Source: Candidatus Nanopelagicus sp. (GTDB taxonomy: Bacteria > Actinomycetota > Actinomycetes > Nanopelagicales > Nanopelagicaceae). Taken from it: 64,000 nucleotides of DNA. Positions 18,026 to 28,100 of this stretch are shown one piece after another. The stretch lies in contig JBJTJQ010000040.1 of assembly GCA_046095545.1 (NCBI GenBank), positions 9,817-73,816 of the forward strand, written 5' to 3'. The translations under genes and the position numbers were made by a program. The first letter of the stretch is position 1. Every line of letters begins with the position of its first letter. The notes under the pieces were generated by a model. The model saw nothing but the letters and a program-made list of their open reading frames with translations, did not search any database and was not told where the DNA came from.

Positions 18026-20332
18026 TTACCTAATTCGTAAACTATTTATTACCACAAATAATGATGAAAGTGACATAGCTGCTGCAGCATACATAGGAGA
18101 AAGGTTTCCTGTGGCTGCAACTGGAATAAAAGCCACGTTATATAAGAAAGCCCAACCAAGATTAGATTTAATAACTCTTACGGTTTTCTTAGATATTTTC
18201 ATCGCATCAAGGGCTGCCAATAAAGATGGTCGAACCAAGGTAATGTCGGCAGCAGCAATTGAGGTATCAGTCCCAGATCCCATAGCAATACTCAAGTCAG
18301 ATTTAGCGATGGCTGCGGCATCATTTATGCCATCACCAACCATCAACACTTTTCCATTTTCTTGAAGCGAAGTTACAAAATTCAATTTGTCTTCTGGTGT
18401 TGCTGAGGCAAAAATATGATCGATTGCAATCCCAGCTTGAGAACCTATGTTTACAGCTGCCGATTCAGTATCGCCTGTAATTAACCATGTTTTGATTCCT
18501 GATCTTTCAAGTTTTTCAATTGCCACCTTGCCATCTACCTTTATTTGATCACCAATTTCAAATACTCCATACGCCAGACCATCTATTGCTAAAACTGCAA
18601 CAGAGTTAGACCGATTCTTTGCCACCTCTATTGCACTCATTAATTTTGGCGAAAACTCCGTAGTACTGCGAGCTATTGATATTGGTGAGCCAATTAAAAC
18701 TGCTCTGCTATTTGTTGAAGTATTGGGCTTTATACGTCCAGTTACCCCTGCGCCAGGAGTGTGTTCAAATTCAGAAACTTCCCACTTAGTTGCACCTTGT
18801 TTCGATAAGGACTCAGATATTGCGATAGCGATCGGATGAGAATCCATGCTTTCAAGACTTAATGTATAACTCATTAGGTCGGCGGCTGATATCTCCGTGC
18901 TTTGCTTATCTAGTGGATTATTTATCAAGACCATCTCGATTAATTCCATTTTTCCAGTGGTTAAGGTCCCAGTCTTATCAAAGACTGCATCCGTTATACC
19001 TACCGCTTTTTCGATAGATCTTGGAGATCTAATGATGATACCGCTCTTGGCCGCCTTACCTGAGGCCACCATTAATGCAATTGGTGTGGCCAGACCAAGT
19101 GCGCAAGGGCATGCGATTACTAAGACGGCAACTGCAATTGAAATGGATTCAGCAATACTTTGATTCATCAAATACCAAGTTAAAAAAGTGGCGATTGCAA
19201 GAATTAAAACAACTGGAACAAATACTTTACTTACTTTATCGGCAAGTTGCTGGGCAGGTGCCTTTTCTGATTGTGCAGTGAGTACCATTCTAGTAATTCT
19301 TGCTAACTCAGTATCAGATCCAACTCTTGAAGCTTTAACAAGTAAATTTCCATTGTTATTAATCGAGCCAGCGAATACCAGACTGCCAACTGTCACCTCA
19401 AGCGGGGTAAATTCACCGGTCAAGAAAGAATTATTCACTGTGCTAAAGCCCGATACTACTGTGCCATCAGTTGCGATTTTTTCACCTGGCTTTACTACAA
19501 ATATATCGCCAATTTCTAATTCTGTTATAGGCATGTGCTTTGTCTGGCCATTTTTATGAATCTCAACTTCTGATGCAGATAATTTAAATAATTCGGAAAG
19601 TGCTGAGCCGGCTCTTCGTTTCGCTTTGTGCTCTAAGTATCGGCCTAACATGACAAAAAATATTACTGCTGCTGAAACTTCAGCATATACATAAGTAGTT
19701 TCACTTTCATTCGGGACATATATAGCGGCAGAATATGCACTCCAGATAAATGTAATCAATGATCCCAATGAAACTAGAGTATCCATAGTTGGGTTTAATA
19801 GGTTCTTTAAGGCTGCTCTGTGAATTGGCCAGGCAAAGATAAAAACAACTGGCAGTGATAAAATTATCAGCAACCAAGTACTAATTGGCGCGTTTGGGTA
19901 GTTAATCACCAGATCTTGGTTGTTTGCACTTAAGAATACATTGGTTCTATCGACTAGCGAAAGTAATTGCTGGTCAATTTTTCCATGTAGATCATGAAAC
20001 ATTGAGATACCAATTATTGGGGCAGAAAATAACAGTGTGAAAAATAGTCTTATACCTAAGCGATTTGATTTTTCAAATGATTCTCTTTCGCCTTTAAATG
20101 CGCGAGCTGAATAACCTGAGCTTTTAACGGCTTCTATTAGATCTTGCTCTGAAATATTTAAGGGTGCAATTATGTGGGCCGATTCCATTGCTAGATTCAC
20201 AGCGGCCCTTACTCCCGGCACCTTATTAAGTGATTTTTCAACTGTACCAACACAGGAAGAGCAGGTCATACCAGAGATTTGAAGGTCTACCTGTCTAGTT
20301 TTATTCTCTTTATGTTTTGATAACTCACTCAC
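18026..20332 (-). CDS. copA: Cu(I)-type P1B ATPase
   Basis: GMTCSSC metal-binding domain, CPC, DKTGT, HP, GDGIND, YN and MxxSS motifs. Confidence 0.88.
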   Translation of the reverse strand: MSELSKHKENKTRQVDLQISGMTCSSCVGTVEKSLNKVPGVRAAVNLAMESAHIIAPLNISEQDLIEAVKSSGYSARAFKGERESFEKSNRLGIRLFFTLLFSAPIIGISMFHDLHGKIDQQLLSLVDRTNVFLSANNQDLVINYPNAPISTWLLIILSLPVVFIFAWPIHRAALKNLLNPTMDTLVSLGSLITFIWSAYSAAIYVPNESETTYVYAEVSAAVIFFVMLGRYLEHKAKRRAGSALSELFKLSASEVEIHKNGQTKHMPITELEIGDIFVVKPGEKIATDGTVVSGFSTVNNSFLTGEFTPLEVTVGSLVFAGSINNNGNLLVKASRVGSDTELARITRMVLTAQSEKAPAQQLADKVSKVFVPVVLILAIATFLTWYLMNQSIAESISIAVAVLVIACPCALGLATPIALMVASGKAAKSGIIIRSPRSIEKAVGITDAVFDKTGTLTTGKMELIEMVLINNPLDKQSTEISAADLMSYTLSLESMDSHPIAIAISESLSKQGATKWEVSEFEHTPGAGVTGRIKPNTSTNSRAVLIGSPISIARSTTEFSPKLMSAIEVAKNRSNSVAVLAIDGLAYGVFEIGDQIKVDGKVAIEKLERSGIKTWLITGDTESAAVNIGSQAGIAIDHIFASATPEDKLNFVTSLQENGKVLMVGDGINDAAAIAKSDLSIAMGSGTDTSIAAADITLVRPSLLAALDAMKISKKTVRVIKSNLGWAFLYNVAFIPVAATGNLSPMYAAAAMSLSSLFVVINSLRIR

Positions 20333-20347
20333 AGTGAAAGGTTACTC

Positions 20348-21409
20348 TTACTTACCTTGTCCAGTAGATAAAACTCTCCGTAGGCTTGCTAGTCGAGCAT
20401 GATTCTTCTCATCAAAACTCTGCCAGGTGTTTAAAGCACAATTTTGTTCATTATGTGAGCAATTCTTTGGGCATAATGAAATTGGTTCGGAAAACTCGGG
20501 AAATGCAGCAATTACCCGCGATGGTTGAATATGAGCTACTCCAAAGGAACGAACACCAGGAGTATCGATTATCCAACCAAAGTTTTCTTTAGAAAATGTG
20601 GAGGATAGTGACAAAGCCACCGCACTTGAGGAGGTATGTCTACCTCTACCAGTTACTTGATTTACATCTCCGGTTTGACGATATGAGTTTACTTGCGTAT
20701 TAACTTGTTTATTTTCCTCACTTTTTAAGAGAAGATTATTGACTAAAGTTGATTTACCTACGCCAGAATGTCCGATTAATACTGTGATTTTTCCAGTTAA
20801 TACTTTCCTTAATTCAGATAAATCTGAACTTTTATCAATCTTAAATACAGGAATTTCTAAATCTTTATAGGTTTCAAGAAAGTTATCACCACTTGCTAAA
20901 TCTTGTTTAGTCATAACAATCAAAGGTGAAATTCCTTGATCATACGCAACTACTAAGGCTCTATCCACCAGACCAGTTCGTGGTTCTGGATTTGTGGTCG
21001 AAACAACTATTGCAAGTTGATCTACATTAGCCACGATGACTCTTTCATCATTTAAATTGTCATCAATAGTTCTAGTTAGTGAATTTTTTCTGGGATGGAC
21101 AGCAACGACTCTCGCCAGCGACCCTTCCTCTCCTGATGTGTCTCCAACTATAGAAACCAAATCACCTACAACTACAGATTTCTTGCCTAATTCTCGGGCT
21201 TTCATAGCAGTAACAACCGCATAAGAGTCATTCATAGTTAATAGACACTTAACTCGACCACGGTCTACTTCAATAATTATGCCAGTTATTGCCTTTGAAT
21301 AATCAGGTCGGTCTTTAGTTCTTGGCCTAGTTTTATTAGTCGATCCAAATTGTCTGGATTTATTAATTCGCACATCATCTTCATCCCAATTTTTATGTGA
21401 CTTAGCCAT
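20348..21409 (-). CDS. rsgA: Ribosome small subunit-dependent GTPase
   Basis: TKQD, GHSGVGKS, GRHTS, DTPG, CPxxCSH..C; start at MAKSHKNWDEDD. Confidence 0.93.
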   Translation of the reverse strand: MAKSHKNWDEDDVRINKSRQFGSTNKTRPRTKDRPDYSKAITGIIIEVDRGRVKCLLTMNDSYAVVTAMKARELGKKSVVVGDLVSIVGDTSGEEGSLARVVAVHPRKNSLTRTIDDNLNDERVIVANVDQLAIVVSTTNPEPRTGLVDRALVVAYDQGISPLIVMTKQDLASGDNFLETYKDLEIPVFKIDKSSDLSELRKVLTGKITVLIGHSGVGKSTLVNNLLLKSEENKQVNTQVNSYRQTGDVNQVTGRGRHTSSSAVALSLSSTFSKENFGWIIDTPGVRSFGVAHIQPSRVIAAFPEFSEPISLCPKNCSHNEQNCALNTWQSFDEKNHARLASLRRVLSTGQGK

Positions 21410-22697
21410 TAAGCATTTCCGCCCACAAACCAGGAAAATCTGGAAGAGTCTTTTTTGTAGTTTCAATATTTTCAACAACAACTCCTTCAACCGCTAAACC
21501 AATGATTGCGCCAGCAGTAGCCATTCGGTGATCCTCATAGCTTTTAAATTCTTGTTTTGCAACTAGAGGTGTTGGCTTAATACTTAACTCACCTGGCCCT
21601 TCAATCACTTTTCCACCAAGATTATTTATCTCAGTTGCTAGTGCTGAAAGTCGATCAGTCTCATGCAATCGTAGGTGGGCAATTCCACTTAATCTTGATT
21701 CAGTCTCGGCTAACGCCGCAACTGCTGCAATGGAGGGAGTTAATTCACCAACCGCTTGAAGATTGATATCGATTCCTAGAATTTTCTCGGTTCCAGAAAT
21801 TTTTAAACCTAATTCACTTCGTTCAATTTTTGCACCCATTTTAGAAAAAATATTTCTTAACTGATCTCCCGGTTGAGATGTGATTTCAGGCCAGTCCAGT
21901 ATTTCAACGCTACCGCCGCAAATCATTGCTGCTGCCATGAATGGAGCGGCATTTGAAAGATCTGGCTCTATGATCAAATCCTGGCCTATTAAATTTGTGG
22001 GCTTGACCTGCCAACTATTTGCACCAACTTCAACCTTTGCCCCATACAGTTTCAGCATTTGAATTGTCATTTCAATGTGTGGCAAAGATGGTAAAGACTT
22101 ACCAATATGCTTAATGGTAATTCCAGTTTCAGTTGCAGGGCCAAGTAGAAGTAGTGCAGAAACAAACTGACTAGAGGAGCTAGCATCTACCTCTACTGTG
22201 CCTCCGGCAATTTTTCCAGCACCATTTATAGTAAGTGGAAGTCGATACTTACCATTATGTTCAATAGTTACTCCAAGTTGTTCCAGTGCTTTAATTACTG
22301 GAGCTAAAGGTCTTTCATAAGACCTGGCATCACCATCGAAATGAATTAAGCCTTTTGCAAGTGCCGCAATTGGTGGTAAGAATCGCATCACTGTTCCAGC
22401 ATTTCCAACATCAATACTTGCTGGGCCTAACATCTTGTTTGGCTCAACTTGATAGTCAAATCCACTATTTGTTTTAATAACAGTAATATCAATCCCTAAA
22501 CTCTGTAATCCTTTAACCATTAAGTCAGTATCTCTTGACGAAAGCGGTCTTCTTAATCGAGAAGGAGTTTTGGCAAGCGCCGCTAAAATTAACGCACGGT
22601 TAGTGGCTGATTTTGAGCCTGGAATAATTATCTGAGCATGAATTGGTTTGCTGGCAGGGGTAAGTCCAGACCTGTAGGGTGCTTTCCAATTTGCCAT
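21402..22697 (-). CDS. aroA: EPSP synthase
   Basis: PGSKSATNRAL, GNAGTVMRF, SSQFVSALL, HETDR, DHRMA. Confidence 0.96.
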   Translation of the reverse strand: MANWKAPYRSGLTPASKPIHAQIIIPGSKSATNRALILAALAKTPSRLRRPLSSRDTDLMVKGLQSLGIDITVIKTNSGFDYQVEPNKMLGPASIDVGNAGTVMRFLPPIAALAKGLIHFDGDARSYERPLAPVIKALEQLGVTIEHNGKYRLPLTINGAGKIAGGTVEVDASSSSQFVSALLLLGPATETGITIKHIGKSLPSLPHIEMTIQMLKLYGAKVEVGANSWQVKPTNLIGQDLIIEPDLSNAAPFMAAAMICGGSVEILDWPEITSQPGDQLRNIFSKMGAKIERSELGLKISGTEKILGIDINLQAVGELTPSIAAVAALAETESRLSGIAHLRLHETDRLSALATEINNLGGKVIEGPGELSIKPTPLVAKQEFKSYEDHRMATAGAIIGLAVEGVVVENIETTKKTLPDFPGLWAEMLNG

Positions 22698-22767
22698 ATG
22701 TATTAAGTCTACCTTCCGCTCACTTCATCGGGACTTGGCGTTGTTTGCGCTTGAGCGGATTGGATAG

Positions 22768-22793
22768 GGAATATATCTGAGGTTTCCAAGGTT
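22768..22793 (+). promoter_or_regulatory. SigR/SigH-type autoregulatory promoter GGAAT-N18-GTT
   Basis: GGAAT 22768-22772 and GTT 22791-22793, exact Streptomyces SigR consensus, 8 nt before ATG 22802. Confidence 0.8.
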
Positions 22794-22801
22794 TTGCAGC
22801 C

Positions 22802-23512
22802 ATGCATGCACTTAGGCCCCTAACTGCTTCTCATAAAATATTCACTCCCAACTCCAAAACGGCATTCGAGGTAGCCTTAGACCAAATGAGTAATGACAAA
22901 TTTCTACCTGCTGTAGTTGACCGCGATAAAGAAACTTTAGCGCAAAGAAAAATAAGGTTTGAAAATGATGCATTAGTCTTTACATCTCAACTCTACGGTG
23001 CAGCACTTCGGTATACGAAAAATACTCACGATGCTCAAGACCTAGTTCAAGATACCTTTGCCAAGGCTTTCACTAGCTTTCATCAATTTGAGCCAGGAAC
23101 AAATCTAAAAGCTTGGTTATATAGAATCCTGACAACAACATTTATAAATAATTATCGAAAAGATCAACGTAGACCACAAATATCAGCAGGTGAAGTTGAG
23201 GACTGGCAAATTGCAGATGCTTCTTCGCACACGAGTGATCAAGGGAAATCAGCTGAGGACGAAGTTTTAGAAGGTATTGCAGACAAAGATGTAAAAGAGG
23301 CATTAAGTGCAATGCCAGAAGAATTTAGAATTGCTGTTTATCTCTCTGATGTCGAAGGTTTTTCATATAAAGAAATAGCGGAGATCACAAACGTTCCAAC
23401 GGGTACGGTAATGTCTAGATTACACAGAGGTAGAAAACTTCTCCGTGCATCTCTTGCTACCTACGCAAAAGAAAGAGGATTCGGGAAAAATAAATCAGGT
23501 GATAAGTCATGA
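22802..23512 (+). CDS. sigH: ECF sigma factor SigR/SigH (thiol-oxidative stress); alternative start at 22886
   Basis: [32 protein letters not shown]; next to a ZAS anti-sigma and aroA. Confidence 0.9.
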   Translation: MHALRPLTASHKIFTPNSKTAFEVALDQMSNDKFLPAVVDRDKETLAQRKIRFENDALVFTSQLYGAALRYTKNTHDAQDLVQDTFAKAFTSFHQFEPGTNLKAWLYRILTTTFINNYRKDQRRPQISAGEVEDWQIADASSHTSDQGKSAEDEVLEGIADKDVKEALSAMPEEFRIAVYLSDVEGFSYKEIAEITNVPTGTVMSRLHRGRKLLRASLATYAKERGFGKNKSGDKS

Positions 23513-23910
23513 GTTTTAATAACAAGGAGTTTATTAATTGTGATCAAGTATTACCTAATATAGTTCTGTATATTGATCATGAGTTATTTGATACTAATGA
23601 AGTTGACTTGGTAGAGAATCACTTTGGTAACTGCGCCTCATGCCGATCAAAAATGGAGCAAGAAGCCCACAACTTGAACCTGGTTCGAAACTTATTGTGT
23701 AATGCTCTAACCGAGCAGGCGCCTGATGATTTGAATGATCGAATAAATAACCAAATTGAGGATCTATATAATCAAATGATTCGTTCGAGCCAAACACAGA
23801 GTATTACTGAATTTACCTTCACTCAAACAACCTATACGGAATTTACCGACGAAGGTACGACTCAAATAGAAATAACTCGCGAAATACGCAGGGAGTTCCC
23901 GCTAGAGTAA
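23509..23910 (+). CDS. rsrA: Zinc-binding anti-sigma factor RsrA/RshA
   Basis: C...HxxxCxxC ZAS motif (HFGNCASC); overlaps the sigma stop codon. Confidence 0.82.
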   Translation: MSFNNKEFINCDQVLPNIVLYIDHELFDTNEVDLVENHFGNCASCRSKMEQEAHNLNLVRNLLCNALTEQAPDDLNDRINNQIEDLYNQMIRSSQTQSITEFTFTQTTYTEFTDEGTTQIEITREIRREFPLE

Positions 23911-23929
23911 TTACATAATCACTAATCTT

Positions 23930-24388
23930 GTGATTATGAAAGCTGAGCAAGTAATGGGTGCTATTGGTATGGCTAATATGACCATTCGCCCGGGAGATAC
24001 TTATGTTGCGCAGGGGGTAAATGACCTGCCGGTTGTTAATTCTAGTCAGATTACCGCGCTCATGGAGAGTGCTTGCAGCACAGCAATTATTGAATTCTTA
24101 GATTTTGGTGAAACAACAGTTACAACTGATTTACAATTTCAAATTCAAGGTGCCGTAGGTATTAATCATGAGATTCATGCAACAGCTAGATGTATTGGTT
24201 TAGAAGACGGACAATTAAATTTCGAAGTAGAGGTTCATCAAAGTGCAAGATTAGTTGCTTCAGGATTTATCACTCGTAAATTTGTAGAACGAGTATCTTT
24301 TATGGCTCGTGTTGCCGCAGAAACTATGGTTGCTGAAAAAGAAAATCTTATTGGCGAAAATAAGATCGCTAGTAGCCTAAATATTTAA
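23930..24388 (+). CDS. Hotdog-fold thioesterase-like protein (FlK-like)
   Basis: ALMESAC...GETTV...FEVEV pattern; start uncertain (23930 or 23936). Confidence 0.65.
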   Translation: MIMKAEQVMGAIGMANMTIRPGDTYVAQGVNDLPVVNSSQITALMESACSTAIIEFLDFGETTVTTDLQFQIQGAVGINHEIHATARCIGLEDGQLNFEVEVHQSARLVASGFITRKFVERVSFMARVAAETMVAEKENLIGENKIASSLNI

Positions 24389-24407
24389 GCCACTAGCGAT
24401 AAGTTAA

Positions 24408-24815
24408 TTATTTTTTAGTTGCCCAGAAAATTTCTGCAATTTCATCAATTTTGCTGATTAGTTTTTCTGCGACTGCAACATCATTAGTACCTTTACTGCC
24501 TCCAGCACCAGCTAACTTCGTTGCTTCATTAAATAACACATGAAGTTGGGGATAGGCCTCAAAATGATTTGGCTTAAAATAATCGGTCCATAATACCCAA
24601 AGGTGGTGCTTTACTAACTCTGATCTTTCCTCTTTAATAGCGACGGCACGAGCTTTGAAATCATTGTCGCTACTTGCAGCATATTTTTCCATGCAAGCTT
24701 TTACAGATTGAGCCTCAATTTTTGCCTGTGCTGGATCGTATACACCGCATGGTAGATCGCAATGAGCATAAACAGTTTGCCCTGGCTTTATTAACTTCTT
24801 TAATAGATTTAGCAT
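24408..24815 (-). CDS. sodN: Nickel superoxide dismutase precursor
   Basis: Ni-hook HCDLPCGVYDP after a short leader; LWTDYFK. Confidence 0.97.
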   Translation of the reverse strand: MLNLLKKLIKPGQTVYAHCDLPCGVYDPAQAKIEAQSVKACMEKYAASSDNDFKARAVAIKEERSELVKHHLWVLWTDYFKPNHFEAYPQLHVLFNEATKLAGAGGSKGTNDVAVAEKLISKIDEIAEIFWATKK

Positions 24816-24866
24816 TTATCTCCTCAGGTTAATGATTAGTAATCTTATGGTGGCAGAATACTCTGC

Positions 24867-25184
24867 ATGTTCGGCTTTAGCACAGTAGAGGTTTCAGGAA
24901 ACTCTATGGCTCCTACCTATAATGCTGGAGATTGGCTGTTAATTAGATTTCTAAGTGGTAAAGAGCACACCCTCAATGTCGGGAAGGTGTACTTAGTTGA
25001 AGATCCACAGCGACCAGGAATTAGGCTTCTTAAAAGGGTAGTGCAAAGCCGAAGCGAGCACGGCGTAATGAGGTATTGGGTAGAAGGTGACAATTTACAA
25101 AGTACCGATTCTCGGGATTGGGGATGGGTTGAGCAGAATCAATTACTGGCCAGAGTTTTAATAAGGTATAAAAAGGGAAATTAA
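24867..25184 (+). CDS. sodX: NiSOD maturation peptidase (S26-like)
   Basis: GNSMAPT, LKRV, GDN..STDSR; divergent from sodN. Confidence 0.92.
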   Translation: MFGFSTVEVSGNSMAPTYNAGDWLLIRFLSGKEHTLNVGKVYLVEDPQRPGIRLLKRVVQSRSEHGVMRYWVEGDNLQSTDSRDWGWVEQNQLLARVLIRYKKGN

Positions 25185-28100
25185 CGAGTAAAAGCTTCAG
25201 TCATTAAGGCTTTTTCTTCTTCTTCATGCAAATGGTGGTTTCCTGTTGCTGGACTTGCTGTCGCGCGTCTAGAAACTCTACGGAACGATCGATTGCTTAA
25301 TTCCTCATGTGCAACAAATGCCTCATTTACTGCTGATGAAACAAATGGCCAAGGACCCTGGTTAGCTGGTTCATCTTGCACCCAAAGCAGTGTGGCATTT
25401 GGATGTTTCTTAGATTCAGTCACAATATCCTCAATCGGAAGTGGGTATAGCCGCTCAACTCTTGCAATCGCAGTTGAGTGTTCACCTAATTTTTCTCGCT
25501 CTGCAATTAAATCGTAGTAAACCTTTCCAGATGAAAAAATTAACCTGGTTGCATTTGTAACTTTATCATCCGGAATAAATGATCTAAATTTGCCAGTAGT
25601 AAAATCTTTAAGCCCACTTGCTGCCGCCTTTAATCTAAGCATTGATTTTGGCTCAAATACCACTAATGGCCTTCTAGTTGGATTTTTCATATGCCAACGC
25701 AGTAAATGGAAATACGAGGCAGGAGTTGACGGTTGGGCAACAGTCATGTTTTGTTCGGCACACAGCGATAAGAATCTCTCAATACGTCCGGAGGAGTGAT
25801 CTGGCCCTTGCCCTTCATATCCATGAGGTAGCAATAGAACTATCGATGATCTCTCGCCCCACTTTTGTAGGGCAGAAGAGATAAATTCATCAATTATAGT
25901 TTGAGCACCATTTGCAAAATCGCCAAATTGAGCTTCCCAGATAACAAGTGCATCATCGCGCTCAACTGAATATCCGTATTCAAATCCCATTACTGCATAC
26001 TCTGATAAAAGTGAATCGTAGATATGGAATTGATTTGGATCTTTCACTAATGATCGGAGAGGGAAAAATTCAGCTCCAGTTTCCTTATCAATCACAACCG
26101 CATGCCTATTACTAAAAGTTCCCCGCCTTACATCTTGACCACTCATTCTGATTGGATGGCCTTCTAAAAGTAAAGAACCAAATGCAAACATCTCACCAGC
26201 TGCCCAATCTACCGTTGATTCATTCAACATCTCAGTTCGCTTTAAAAGTTGTGGGAGCAGTTTTGGATGTACATTGAAATTACTTGGTATGGCAGATTGA
26301 GTATCTGCGATCTTACGTAAATCAGCCTCAGCAACTGCAGTATCAACGATTTTAGGTGATGGCACCACAGGAGCTTTCCAGTTTGGATCGCTTTCAGGCT
26401 CAGTATTGTGAACCGCTGTAAATACACCTTCTAATTGCTGTTGGTAATCTCGTAACACTTCTTCAGCCTCTTCGACAGTGATGTCACCTCGACCAATTAA
26501 TGCCTCGGTATAAAGTTTTCTAGTCGAACGTTTGGCCTCGATAAGTTTGTACATAAGTGGTTGGGTGAAACTTGGTTCATCACCCTCATTATGACCTCGG
26601 CGACGATAGCAAATCATGTCAATCACCACATCTTTATTGAACATTTGTCGGTATTCAAAGGCAACTTTTGCAATCCGAACACAAGCTTCAGGATCATCGC
26701 CATTAACATGAAATACTGGAGCCTGAATCATCTTTGCAATATCAGTGGAGTAAGTTGAAGATCGTGCAGCATTTGGTGAGGTTGTAAAGCCCACTTGATT
26801 ATTTACAATAATATGAATTGTGCCACCAGTTCGATAACCTTTCAGTAAAGATAATGAAAGAGTTTCGGAAACTACTCCTTGGCCAGCGAATGCAGCATCA
26901 CCATGCAAAAGAATTGGTAAAACAGGAAATGAGGTTTGTTCATCAACTGTAAAATCCCCAGCCTTTGATCTTAATTTATCTTGCTTTGCTCTAACTATTC
27001 CTTCAAGAACCGGATTTACGGCCTCTAAGTGAGAAGGATTTGCCGCCAAATAAATCTTAGTTGTAGCGCCAGATTCAGCAGTAAAGGTGCCTTTTGTTCC
27101 TAAATGGTACTTAACATCTCCTGAGCCATGCACTTCATTTTCACGATAATTTCCTTCAAACTCCTGAAATATTTGGCCATATGATTTTCCTGCAATATTT
27201 GCTAGAACATTTAATCGACCTCGGTGTGGCATACCAATACAAACTTCATCTAGACCAGTTTCTGCTGCTGATGATATGACTGCATCTAGTACTGGAATAA
27301 CCGATTCTCCACCTTCAAGTGAGAATCGTTTCTGGCCGACAAACTTAGTTTGCAAAAATGATTCGAATGCCTCGGCACTGTTTAGTTTTCGTAAAATACG
27401 AAGTTGTTCATCTCTTGCTGTCCTAGGAGCACCTACCTCCATTTTTTCCTGAATCCATTTACGCTCCGCTGGGTTTGCTATGTACATATACTCAACACCA
27501 ATTGTGCGGCAATAAGAATCTCTCAGAATTCCAAGAATTCTTCGTAACTTCATAAATGGTTTGCCGCCAAATCCACCGGTGGCGAAATCTCTATCAAGAT
27601 CCCATAGGGACAAACCATGGTTTACAACATCTAAATCAGGATGAGATCGTTGGACATAAGCTAATGGCTCTACATCTGCCATTAGATGCCCGGTAGTCCT
27701 GTAAGCATCGATTAGTTTTTGTACCCTGGCTGTTTTGCTTACATCATCATCTTTCTCAAATTGCATATCAGCAACCCAGCGAATAGGAACGTAAGGAATG
27801 CGTAGCGCTTCGAAAATCTCATCATAGAAGTTTTCTTCACCTAGTAATATTTCATGAATTCTTCTTAGGAAATCACCAGATTGTGCCCCTTGGATAATTC
27901 TGTGGTCATATGTGCTGGTTAAAGTAACTACCTTGCTAATTGCTAGATCAGCAAGCGTTTGCTCGTTTGTACCATGAAATTCTGCTGGATAATCCAGTGC
28001 TCCAACACCGAGAATCATTCCTTGTCCTTGCACCAACCTTGGTACCGAATGCACAGTTCCAATGGTTCCTGGATTTGTCAGGGATAAAGTAGTACCAGCG

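Noticed and set aside
18024-20332. Genomic island integrated at tRNA-fMet
   Set aside because: No integrase, no duplicated tRNA 3' end noticed, and core synteny (rsgA-aroA-sigH) resumes at once
21410-21490. Longer rsgA start
   Set aside because: It lies inside the aroA 3' end; ATG 21409 gives the usual short overlap
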